From: Bdellovibrionota bacterium
GTDB taxonomy: Bacteria; Bdellovibrionota_C; UBA2361; JBGSMV01
Assembly: GCA_044356455.1 (NCBI GenBank)
Contig: JBIKWF010000104.1
Span: 1 to 15,922 of the forward strand
Reading direction: 5' to 3'
Length of the DNA: 15,922 bases
Part shown: one piece after another, positions 7,577 through 15,539 of the stretch
How positions within the stretch are numbered: position 1 is the first letter of the stretch
Layout of the letters: each line of letters opens with the position of its first letter
Notes under the pieces: model-generated
The model's database searches: none
The model's input: the letters and a program-made list of their open reading frames with translations, nothing else
Told to the model about the DNA's origin: nothing
Translations under genes and position numbers: made by a program

Positions 7577-8662
7577 CTAGCCCACGATTCGAGCAATTTT
7601 TCCCCTGACACCCTCAGCGTCCTGAGGCGCAAGCGCTCCTATTTGAAGATTGCACTCATAGGTACCATGAGCGGGAACCACCTTGATGTTTCCTTTGCGT
7701 TTTTCTGCGGTATAGCCTTCCGGCTCAGCCGTTCCGGGCTCGACAAGAGCTAAGGAGTTATGATCAGGCGTAAGGCTGATCCAGCGAGTCGCCCTTGGCA
7801 ATTCTGATGGCCTATGAGCCACATAATCCGCGTGGCCATCTGGGTGAGTATGGAGACTATGAGCCCACCCTTCTGCATCTGCTAAATAATCTAAGCATAG
7901 TACAATTTCGGGATCAGCCTTCAGATCTGCCTTCAACTGGTGATGAAGTTCTGGGTGCTGCTCAAGTTCTTTAAGCCATTCTGCATAACCCGGAGCAGTT
8001 TTTATGTGCGAAGGTATACTGGCCCGAACTCGCACCGTTTTTGGGCTCACTCGCGTGGAGTAGTCGAGCCTGCCTCCCGTAACTGCTCGAAAGTTAATGT
8101 GAGCCATGTACATCAGCTCCATCGGCTTTGCGCTTCGATTCTGCACCTTTAGACCGACTTCGAAGAGGGAACTATCAGAAAACAGCTTGAAAGACGTCTG
8201 GGCAATATACGAAGAGCCAAAAACCGCCGCATGGGAATACTCCCCCTCTAGTCCCAAGAACATTCGCCCCTGGTCACTACCCACGGTAAGCCATGCCTTA
8301 TCAAAGCGCGCGTTAGGAAGTTCGCCGTGAAGTGGATGAGAGTCCCCTGGTCCAGGTGCTCCCATCGCCAAAAGGCCGCAGTGTTGGAGAAAGCCGCCAA
8401 AAGTTTCTAAAAAAGGAACGCCAGGTCTCGGCTGTTTACACACCGAAATCATGCCCATTTCACGTCCCCGCATAGTGGCGGACCAGATCTGTTGCCCCTG
8501 AAAAGGTAGCAGGACCACATTTCCAAAATCATTCTTAATTCGGACTGCAGTTACGCCGCTATCAAACTTAAAGGCGGACGCGGAAAGTCCAGCCCCTTCT
8601 ACAAGCATGGCCTCAGAAACAGAAAGGCGCTCTTCGTCAAGGAATATTCGAGTATGATTCAT
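7577..8662 (-). CDS. DUF4432 / aldose 1-epimerase (galactose mutarotase-like) family protein
   Basis: 361 aa from ATG 8662. Motifs LPFQGQQIW, FLQHCGLLAMGAPGPGDSHPLHGELP, MELMYMAHINF, DPEIV and PGTAEPEGYTAEK match this family as I recall it. Confidence 0.85.
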   Translation of the reverse strand: MNHTRIFLDEERLSVSEAMLVEGAGLSASAFKFDSGVTAVRIKNDFGNVVLLPFQGQQIWSATMRGREMGMISVCKQPRPGVPFLETFGGFLQHCGLLAMGAPGPGDSHPLHGELPNARFDKAWLTVGSDQGRMFLGLEGEYSHAAVFGSSYIAQTSFKLFSDSSLFEVGLKVQNRSAKPMELMYMAHINFRAVTGGRLDYSTRVSPKTVRVRASIPSHIKTAPGYAEWLKELEQHPELHHQLKADLKADPEIVLCLDYLADAEGWAHSLHTHPDGHADYVAHRPSELPRATRWISLTPDHNSLALVEPGTAEPEGYTAEKRKGNIKVVPAHGTYECNLQIGALAPQDAEGVRGKIARIVG

Positions 8663-8707
8663 ATGTTCAACTATTGGCAGAAATATGCTGAGTATCCGGC
8701 AAGAGAG

Positions 8708-8721
8708 TGTGAACACTCACA
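8708..8721. promoter_or_regulatory. Candidate LacI/GalR-type operator
   Basis: TGTGAACACTCACA is 12/14 identical to the symmetric lac operator core TGTGAGCGCTCACA and lies ~46 nt upstream of the DUF4432 start. Confidence 0.4.
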
Positions 8722-9124
8722 AAATTAAAACGAAAACGGAAGAACTTTATTCTAGCTTGACTTGGACAAGCTATAGACTTTAAGAATGCTTTAAGATTTT
8801 GTGAGGATTTTGTTAGCCGCGAGGTTCTTGGAGCCTGCCGTGTGGAAGCCTGGGAAGTTGGTTGGCGAAGCTTAAGAGTTTTCAATATCTTAAGTGTATC
8901 CAATACCTGCTTCCGAGTTGCTGCCACGATACAAGGGCGGATCCGGCGCTTCACCTGCTTAGCCTGATTGCTTGGTGTACAAGTTGTTTGGGCCCCACTT
9001 ATTTTCGGGGTTCGAATAAAGCAGGTAACTAACTCTTTTTTCACAGGGCTTGCGAGCGAATTGCTCGTCTTACTTTCTCGTTCCTTTGCGGGCCCACTTA
9101 GTCTTAGAGGCCCACTATTAGGAT

Positions 9125-9192
9125 GACTGCCATAGGTCGACGGGCGGCGAAGCCGCTCATGACTTGGTGGCAGTTGTTTGTGTGTTGTTTCT
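9125..9192 (+). terminator. Long hairpin with a U/G-rich tail upstream of the HAD gene (terminator/attenuator candidate)
   Basis: Nested stems GACTGCCAT/GTGGCAGTT, AGGTCG/TGACTT and GGGCGGC-GAA-GCCGCTC, followed by GTTTGTGTGTTGTTTCT. The G-U pairs favour the + strand. Confidence 0.45.
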
Positions 9193-9260
9193 TCGCCCAA
9201 GAGCGCACGTAAGAGCGTGAGCATGCGCGAAGATTCTTCTTACAATTCTGAGTAGAGCCC

Positions 9261-10424
9261 ATGCCAAGTCCAGCGAGTCCCCGTCCTTCTTCTGGTGCGC
9301 AGTCAGGAACTCCACATGCTACCCCCACCTATCCTCGTTTGGTGGTTCCACCGGAGGAGCTTGGTTCCCCTGAAGCTTTTCAATTTCTGCAAAAGCCAGA
9401 GAGAGGTTGCCGCGTAGCCTCTTCGCTCGCTAACGAAGTGGTAATAATCGTAACCGATGCAGCGGTTGTGGATGCTGACGAGACTCTGCTTGACGACACA
9501 CTCGAGCAGCTACACGACGGGCTGGAAGGAAGATTCGCCTGGGCAGTTCGCGTGGCGGCTCTTGAGAAGGGAGTTGTTCTTAACAGAGAAGATCTTGAAA
9601 GAGATGATCTTTGGACCAGGGAATTTAGGACCCTCTCCGGGCTCACCGAAGAAGGTTGGCTTGACGGCCTTGCAGCTCGGACCAAGCAACACTTTAAGAT
9701 AGACGTCACTAGTAGCGACATTGGACGAGCGATGTCGAAAGTTCTTACGGATTCTTTCGAGGAATTCTTAAAACGTGTAGCACCCGTCGAACTTGGGGAT
9801 GAGCTCGCTGCGTCCATTGCCTCTCGAGGCATAGGGTTAGCTCTCTGCACAACAACGAAAGAAGAAATTATACGCCCCTTCCTTGATGTGCATCGTCTTC
9901 TCGTACACTACCGACATCTTGAATTTGATGCCCAGAAAAAAGAAAAAGACCCTACTGGCGAGGGGCGCCTCCTCTTCTCAGGACAAGGGGTTCTTCGCGC
10001 CTGCGCAGCCCTTGGCGTAGCCGCTGAAAATGCGACGATGTTTGGTGACTCAATTGCAGATTGGGGCGCTGCCGCGAAAGCAGGAGTTCGAAATGTAGTT
10101 CTTCGACTTCCGAATTATGCGGTGAAGGGGCCTGGCGGACGTGAAAAAGCGCTCGCGAAGCTCATGGACCAAATTGCAAAGGCACAAAGCGACAACGCCG
10201 ATGATCCAAATTTCGCCCTGGTGCAAACCGCTATCGTTGATTCCTTCGGGCAGGTACGAATTCTAGGCCGTACCGATCACGCTCTCGCCAAGCAAATTGG
10301 CATAACCCAAGCCACGAACTTGGTTGGCTCGCTAGGAAAGCCGGTTTCGGCGCAGCCCCATCAATTCATTAGATCGGCCGGTACGCTGCCTAAGCAGGAT
10401 CCCAGTGCCCCAGAGGCAAGCTAA
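9261..10424 (+). CDS. Divergent HAD-superfamily hydrolase (probable phosphatase) with Pro/Ser-rich termini
   Basis: 387 aa with motif I VVDADETL (DxDxT), motif II LALCTT, lysines in KKEKDP and motif IV MFGDSIADWGAAAKAG. A helical cap lies between motifs I and II. Confidence 0.8.
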   Translation: MPSPASPRPSSGAQSGTPHATPTYPRLVVPPEELGSPEAFQFLQKPERGCRVASSLANEVVIIVTDAAVVDADETLLDDTLEQLHDGLEGRFAWAVRVAALEKGVVLNREDLERDDLWTREFRTLSGLTEEGWLDGLAARTKQHFKIDVTSSDIGRAMSKVLTDSFEEFLKRVAPVELGDELAASIASRGIGLALCTTTKEEIIRPFLDVHRLLVHYRHLEFDAQKKEKDPTGEGRLLFSGQGVLRACAALGVAAENATMFGDSIADWGAAAKAGVRNVVLRLPNYAVKGPGGREKALAKLMDQIAKAQSDNADDPNFALVQTAIVDSFGQVRILGRTDHALAKQIGITQATNLVGSLGKPVSAQPHQFIRSAGTLPKQDPSAPEAS

Positions 10425-10570
10425 GGGCTGCCCCGAAGGAGCTTCATCGCCTAGGGAAGCGCGGAGCTTTGCGCGATAATTGGGCGAGCAAGGAGGAGGT
10501 TAGTGCTCTGCGCTTGATTCTCATGCCATTTTGAGATTGAGTCCCCCTATTCATTTCTGAGGAGTCGCCT

Positions 10571-11524
10571 GTGGCTGATGTCTTAATAGTTGGGGAACTA
10601 CTTTCTGAAATCATGGCAGAAAAAGTTGGTCAACGCTTTGATCAACCGGGAACACTAGTTGGCCCCTTCCCGAGTGGAGCTCCTGGCATTTTCATAGATC
10701 AAGTAGCGAAGCTTGGCGTGAGCTCAAAAATCCTCGCCTGCGTGGGGAAAGATGGCTTTGGCAATCAAGTAGTGAATCGCCTCAAAACTGACGGCGTTGA
10801 TGTTTCCGAGATACGCCGCGCCGAGAATCTGCCGACGGGAACTGCATTTGTTACTTACGCGGGGGATGGTTCTCGAGAATTTATCTTCAACATTGGTAAT
10901 AGCGCAGCCGCTTTAGTGGACGAGTCGATGATAAGCGACTCTTGGGCGGCACATTGCAAATTTTACCATGTCATGGGCTCGTTCCTTTCTACTGAAAAGG
11001 CTCGCGCGCTCGTACGCCGAGCACTGAAGGCCGTTAAGCAGGCCGGGGGGCTGGTATCTTTCGATCCTAATGTTCGCCCCGAACTGATGTCGTCGCCAGG
11101 AACCAAAGAGGCGCTCATGGAAGTCCTCTCCCAGTGCAACGTATTCCTGCCAAGTGAACTTGACCTTGAGGTTCTTTTTGGCACGCGCCCGGAACAGGAA
11201 TGCGTGAAAGAGCTTTTTGCGACCTACCCGATGAAAATGATTGTCGTGAAGAAAGCCATCAAAGGAGCCGTCTTTTACGACCGGGAGCGATCGATAAGCG
11301 CGCCCGCCTTTAAAGTCTCAGAGGTTGACCCGACCGGAGCTGGAGACGCTTTTGGGGGCGCCTTTGTCGCTTGTCTCGTCTTAGGATACCCGATTGAGAA
11401 ATGCCTTGAATACTCTTGCGCTGCCGGCGCGCTGGCTGTCACCAAGAAGGGCCCCATGGAGGGCACCGCGACCACGGCAGAGATTGTAAGCTTTGTTGCC
11501 AAGACCCCTAAACATTCAGTGTAA
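10571..11524 (+). CDS. PfkB/ribokinase-family sugar kinase (tagatose kinase-like)
   Basis: GTG start with SD GAGGAG. Motifs GPFPSGAPGIF, VGKDGFG, SFDPNVR and the PfkB signature DPTGAGDAFGG. Confidence 0.93.
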   Translation: MADVLIVGELLSEIMAEKVGQRFDQPGTLVGPFPSGAPGIFIDQVAKLGVSSKILACVGKDGFGNQVVNRLKTDGVDVSEIRRAENLPTGTAFVTYAGDGSREFIFNIGNSAAALVDESMISDSWAAHCKFYHVMGSFLSTEKARALVRRALKAVKQAGGLVSFDPNVRPELMSSPGTKEALMEVLSQCNVFLPSELDLEVLFGTRPEQECVKELFATYPMKMIVVKKAIKGAVFYDRERSISAPAFKVSEVDPTGAGDAFGGAFVACLVLGYPIEKCLEYSCAAGALAVTKKGPMEGTATTAEIVSFVAKTPKHSV

Positions 11525-11527
11525 TTG

Positions 11528-11599
11528 CTCGGCAACACAGCGAAGTCTCGGCAACACAGAAGTCTCGGCTGCACAGAAGTCTCGGCTGCACAGTAAAGG
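11528..11599. repeat. Tandem repeat, four ~17-bp units
   Basis: CTCGGCAACACAGCGAAGT / CTCGGCAACACAGAAGT / CTCGGCTGCACAGAAGT / CTCGGCTGCACAGTAAAGG, located between convergent genes. Confidence 0.85.
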
Positions 11600-11643
11600 C
11601 TCAGCAAGGCATGCACTGCAAAGCGATGGACCACTCTTGTGGG

Positions 11644-12642
11644 TTACGAGAGCACTTGAAGTAAATTTTGCAGAGCCGCAACTCCTTGTCGCTGCACACT
11701 TGTCCTTGTTCGGCTCCCGATGTGCGGCGTAAGCACCACCCGGGGAAGATTAAGAAGAGGCTCCTCCGCATTGACTGGTTCCACTTCAAGCACGTCGGCC
11801 GCATAGCCCCCAATTGTGCCCTCACGAAGAGAGCGCGCCAGCGCTTGATGATCCACCAGCCCTCCTCGACTCACGTTCACAAGAAGTGCGCTTCGTTTCA
11901 TGAGGCGCAGCCTGCGCGCGTCAATAATTTTACGCGTGTCCCGATTCAAATTCACATGCAGCGAAACGAAGTCAGCCTCGCTCAACAAAGAATCCAAATC
12001 TTTCATCCGCTGGAAACTGGCAGTCGAATCGCCAAGGAAACCACTCGCAATACCAGACTGAAGTCGTGCCTCAAAATCAGCATGCTCTGCCGACCAGCTG
12101 GAGTTGAACGCAAGGACCCGCATTCCAAAAACCAGCGCACGTTGGACAACCGCTCGCCCTACCTGTCCCAGCCCGACCACACCAAGCACGGCGCCGTGAA
12201 GCTCTAGCCCAACTCTGCGTTGCCATTGGGCGCTATGTACAAGCCGATTGTGCTCAGGAATTTCACGCGCAAGGCCGAGCAAGAGACCAAACACGAGCTC
12301 CGCTACCGCGGTGGTACTCACTCCAGGAGTATTCTTTATCTTAATCCCTAATTTCGCTGCAGCCTCCTGATCAATTTGATCAAGCCCCACGCCGTATCTT
12401 GAAATGACTCGGCAGCGCGGCGCGAGACGAGCGAGCACCAAAGAGGAAAAGTCATCCTCTCCGCAAAGAATCCCATCAAACGGCCCCTGAGTCTCAATCA
12501 CCTGAAGAAGTTCCGCAGCCCGAAGCGGGCCGCGCGCCTCCTTCACCTCGTAAGGCGCTGCCGCGAGCATGGTTCGATGCTCTCCTGGGGTATCAAGAAA
12601 GCTTGAGCTCGTAATAAGGATACGCGGGGGGGAATGAACCAT
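11644..12642 (-). CDS. D-isomer-specific 2-hydroxyacid dehydrogenase (phosphoglycerate dehydrogenase-like, no ACT domain)
   Basis: 332 aa from ATG 12642. Motifs ISRYGVGLDQID, NTPG...AVAE, Rossmann GVVGLGQVG, catalytic Arg (NVSRG), Glu (DVLEVEP) and His (TPHIG). Confidence 0.9.
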   Translation of the reverse strand: MVHSPPRILITSSSFLDTPGEHRTMLAAAPYEVKEARGPLRAAELLQVIETQGPFDGILCGEDDFSSLVLARLAPRCRVISRYGVGLDQIDQEAAAKLGIKIKNTPGVSTTAVAELVFGLLLGLAREIPEHNRLVHSAQWQRRVGLELHGAVLGVVGLGQVGRAVVQRALVFGMRVLAFNSSWSAEHADFEARLQSGIASGFLGDSTASFQRMKDLDSLLSEADFVSLHVNLNRDTRKIIDARRLRLMKRSALLVNVSRGGLVDHQALARSLREGTIGGYAADVLEVEPVNAEEPLLNLPRVVLTPHIGSRTRTSVQRQGVAALQNLLQVLS

Positions 12643-12743
12643 CGGAAATCTGCACAATAAAGGGCCATTTTTGTACTCGACCCAGAGCAAATAGGAAAGT
12701 ACCACTCGAGTCGAAACATCTTGCACCCCTATGAAATGCCGCT

Positions 12744-12772
12744 TTGACAGCCGAACCAGCCGGTCGTAGCCT
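12744..12772 (+). promoter_or_regulatory. Sigma-70-type promoter for the GH1 gene
   Basis: TTGACA (12744-12749), a 17-nt spacer and TAGCCT (12767-12772), ~57 nt upstream of the ATG. Confidence 0.55.
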
Positions 12773-12829
12773 ATTCAAGACGCGCGCACCTCGGTCGGTA
12801 ATCAAGACAATTCAACTCCTTGGAGTCGT

Positions 12830-14218
12830 ATGGCCTTCTTATTTCCTCAAGACTTCCGCTTCGGCATTGCAGATGCCGACCTTCAGGTAATCGGAGAAAC
12901 GGCGACTCTCTCGCAAGAAAGCTCGGAAGAGACAATGTGGCACCATTTTTCCAAGAATTCGGGAACGTGTCACCTATCAGAAAGTCCAGGCCTAGGCGTC
13001 GATCGCTTTCATCTTTGGCAAAGCGATGTGGATCTCATGGTAAGCATGGGAGTGAAACACTACCGCACATCGGTATCCATGAGTCGCATCCTGACAAAAG
13101 CGGGCGAAGTTAACGGCAAGGCCGTCACCTGGTATCGAAACTATTTTTCAGCGCTCCGCGCTCAAGGCATAAAAATCTATGCGACTCTCTACCACTGGGA
13201 ACTCCCCCACTATCTTCACCTTCAAGGTGGGTGGAAGAATCGCCGCACTATCGATACGTTCGTCAAGCACTGCCTCGCCGTGCAGCAGGAGCTTGGGGAT
13301 CTCATCGAAGAGTACTTTGTACTCAATGAACCCTGGTGTAGCTCGCTTCTCAGCTATCACTTAGGGATCCATGCACCGGGGGAAAAAAATCTTAAGGGCG
13401 CCCTGGAAGCGGCTCACCATCTCTTACTTGCCCAAGGAGTAGTGGTCGCAGAATTGTCAGCAAAACAACCAGGAGCAAAAATTGGAACGGTAATCAACAC
13501 GCAGCCCTCCTATGCGGCAACATCCTCGGCACAAGACGCCAAAGCGGCACGGCTCGCCGACGGCTACTTTAACAGCTGGTTCTTAGACCCGATGTTCCTT
13601 GGATCCTACCCCGAGCACATGCTGGAAATTTATGGTCCACATATGCCGAACGTGGGAAGAGGAGACCTTGAGACCATAAAAGTAGGCTCAAGGCTGCATG
13701 CACTTGGCATTAACTATTATGCCGGGGACACGGTCCAGTTCGACGACTCAGAGGAACGCAAGTACAAGTCTGTGGCATTTGAAGGAAGGCCCAAGAACGA
13801 CCTAGGCTGGCCGATCTATGTCCCGCCCCATTATCCCGAAGGGCTCTATGACATGTTAGGTCAGATTTATTTCTCTTACCGCTCTCATGGGCTCCCCAAA
13901 CTCTACATTACCGAGAACGGCATGGCCGAAAAGAGCGGCCCAGAGAATAGCTCCAGCACCATCGTGAGCGACGACCGCCGAGTTGCTTACTACCGGGCCC
14001 ATCTTGAGCAGGTGCTCAAAGCAATCTGCCGAGGCATCCCCATCGAAGCCTATTTCCTCTGGACCCTCATGGACAATTACGAATGGGCGGAAGGGTATCG
14101 ACCAGAGTCCTGCTTTGGCATCGTGCACGTCGACCGAAAGACCATGAAGCGCACAAGAAAGAAAAGCTCTCACTTTTATGAGCGGGTACTTCGAGAGGGC
14201 AGTATTCCAGAAGCGTAG
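12830..14218 (+). CDS. Glycoside hydrolase family 1 (beta-glucosidase/beta-galactosidase-like)
   Basis: 462 aa with TLYHWELP, acid/base LNEP, GINYY, nucleophile YITENG and WTLMDNYEWAEGY...FGIVHVD. SD GGAG; no signal peptide. Confidence 0.95.
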   Translation: MAFLFPQDFRFGIADADLQVIGETATLSQESSEETMWHHFSKNSGTCHLSESPGLGVDRFHLWQSDVDLMVSMGVKHYRTSVSMSRILTKAGEVNGKAVTWYRNYFSALRAQGIKIYATLYHWELPHYLHLQGGWKNRRTIDTFVKHCLAVQQELGDLIEEYFVLNEPWCSSLLSYHLGIHAPGEKNLKGALEAAHHLLLAQGVVVAELSAKQPGAKIGTVINTQPSYAATSSAQDAKAARLADGYFNSWFLDPMFLGSYPEHMLEIYGPHMPNVGRGDLETIKVGSRLHALGINYYAGDTVQFDDSEERKYKSVAFEGRPKNDLGWPIYVPPHYPEGLYDMLGQIYFSYRSHGLPKLYITENGMAEKSGPENSSSTIVSDDRRVAYYRAHLEQVLKAICRGIPIEAYFLWTLMDNYEWAEGYRPESCFGIVHVDRKTMKRTRKKSSHFYERVLREGSIPEA

Positions 14219-14230
14219 GACGTGTACTTT

Positions 14231-14340
14231 CGGCGCCCTGAGGACAGAACGCCCTACCAGGCATATCCACTTTTGGTAGGGCCACTATTGATAGGGCCGC
14301 TATGAATGGTAGGGGGGAGGCTTTTGTCCTCGCGGCGCTG
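14231..14340 (+). other. Structured intergenic element (nested stems plus an internal 15-bp tandem repeat)
   Basis: Outer stems CGGCGCC/GGCGCTG and GAGGACAGAA/TTTTGTCCTC, inner stem GCCCTACCA/TGGTAGGGC, and tandem TGGTAGGGCCACTAT-TGATAGGGCCGCTAT. Confidence 0.45.
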
Positions 14341-14445
14341 AACATACTCACTCAGGCAAAGTGGAAAGACACTACCTTTCGGTTGCGGGAGTTCACGGGT
14401 CCTGCGACTATTATTCCCTTATAATTCCATGAGGAATATCGTCGC

Positions 14446-15432
14446 ATGGCCGAAATTACCACCCTCAGTCGAGAGCTTATTCAAGAGGCGTCTCACGTCT
14501 TTTCCGCCGTTAAGAGCCAGGTGCACCGCGTCATCGTCGGACAAGAGTATCTGATTGAAAGACTCCTTGTCGCTCTCGTGTGCGATGGGCACGTGCTCCT
14601 CGAGGGCGTCCCTGGGCTTGCGAAAACCAAGACCCTGACCGCCCTTACCACCTGCATTGATGCGCACATGTCACGTATTCAGTTTACGCCCGACCTTCTG
14701 CCCTCCGATGTAGTCGGCACCGAAGTGTATAGGCCCCAGAGCGGGGAGTTTGTCACCCGCCAAGGACCGGTCTTTACCAACTTGCTTCTTGCGGATGAAA
14801 TAAACCGGGCACCCGCGAAGGTCCAATCTGCACTTCTGCAGGCCATGCAAGAGCGTCAAGTCACCATTGGCGAGCAAACATTTACTCTGCCCAAGCCCTT
14901 TCTTGTGCTGGCGACCCAAAATCCGATTGAGCAGGAAGGAACCTACCAACTCCCCGAAGCACAGCTCGACCGCTTTTTGATGAAACTCGTGGTGGGCTAC
15001 CCGCGAGAGGATGAGGAGCTTGAGATTCTTAAATTTGCCGATCGCGAAGCGGCAAGCCCTACCGTACTTGAGCGCGTGATTTCACTCGACCAACTTTTGC
15101 AACTTAGTCGGCATGCGCTTTCGCTGTATGTCGAGCCACGTGTCGATAGATACATCGTAGCGCTTGTGCAGGCGACCAGAAATGCAGAAGCATTTGGTCT
15201 CAAGGGCATGGTGGAATGGGGCGCATCGCCGCGCGCAAGCTTAGCGCTAAAAGCATGCGCCCGCGCACTAACCTTTGTGAGGGGCAGGTCTTTTGTAACT
15301 CCTGATGAAGTAAAAGAGGTTGCAGCTGACGTGCTAAGGCACCGCATTCTTACCACCTTTGAAGCAGAAGCCAGGTCAATTACTTCGGACGAAGTAATTT
15401 CAACATTACTTAAAAACGTGACCGTCCCCTAA
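14446..15432 (+). CDS. moxR: MoxR-family AAA+ ATPase
   Basis: Walker A GVPGLAKT, RIQFTPDLLPSD, Walker B LLLADEINRAPAKVQSALL, ATQNPIEQEGTYQLPEAQLDRF and GASPRA. SD GAGGA. Confidence 0.96.
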   Translation: MAEITTLSRELIQEASHVFSAVKSQVHRVIVGQEYLIERLLVALVCDGHVLLEGVPGLAKTKTLTALTTCIDAHMSRIQFTPDLLPSDVVGTEVYRPQSGEFVTRQGPVFTNLLLADEINRAPAKVQSALLQAMQERQVTIGEQTFTLPKPFLVLATQNPIEQEGTYQLPEAQLDRFLMKLVVGYPREDEELEILKFADREAASPTVLERVISLDQLLQLSRHALSLYVEPRVDRYIVALVQATRNAEAFGLKGMVEWGASPRASLALKACARALTFVRGRSFVTPDEVKEVAADVLRHRILTTFEAEARSITSDEVISTLLKNVTVP

Positions 15433-15539
15433 GAGGGCGTTCACGTAAACGCCTCGGGAGATCCCTGTGGTTGTCTTCCCAGGCTTAGGAATTCAGACTG
15501 AATGACAGGAACCACCAACGACTACGCCGCAATGCTCCC

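Noticed and set aside
8830..9070. Cobalamin riboswitch (CTGGGAAG, ACCTGC) or c-di-GMP-I riboswitch (CACAGGGC)
   Set aside because: Only short fragments match. The core motifs are missing and the gene context does not fit.
8667..9224. 185-aa minus-strand ORF filling the divergent spacer and ending 4 nt before the DUF4432 start
   Set aside because: It has no SD or recognisable motif, has a K/R/S/T/Q-biased composition and overlaps probable regulatory DNA. It cannot be fully excluded without a homology search.
11528..11599. CRISPR array
   Set aside because: The units are contiguous 17-19-mers with no unique spacers, and there are no cas genes in the window.
11668..12207. 179-aa plus-strand ORF and other long overlapping ORFs (4293-4796, 9380-9850, 14997-15356)
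   Set aside because: They are antisense to well-supported genes and carry no motifs of their own.
11644..12726. serA assignment and the longer start at 12726
   Set aside because: There is no ACT domain and the cofactor loop is atypical. The extra 28 residues precede the conserved first strand and run into the divergent promoter region.
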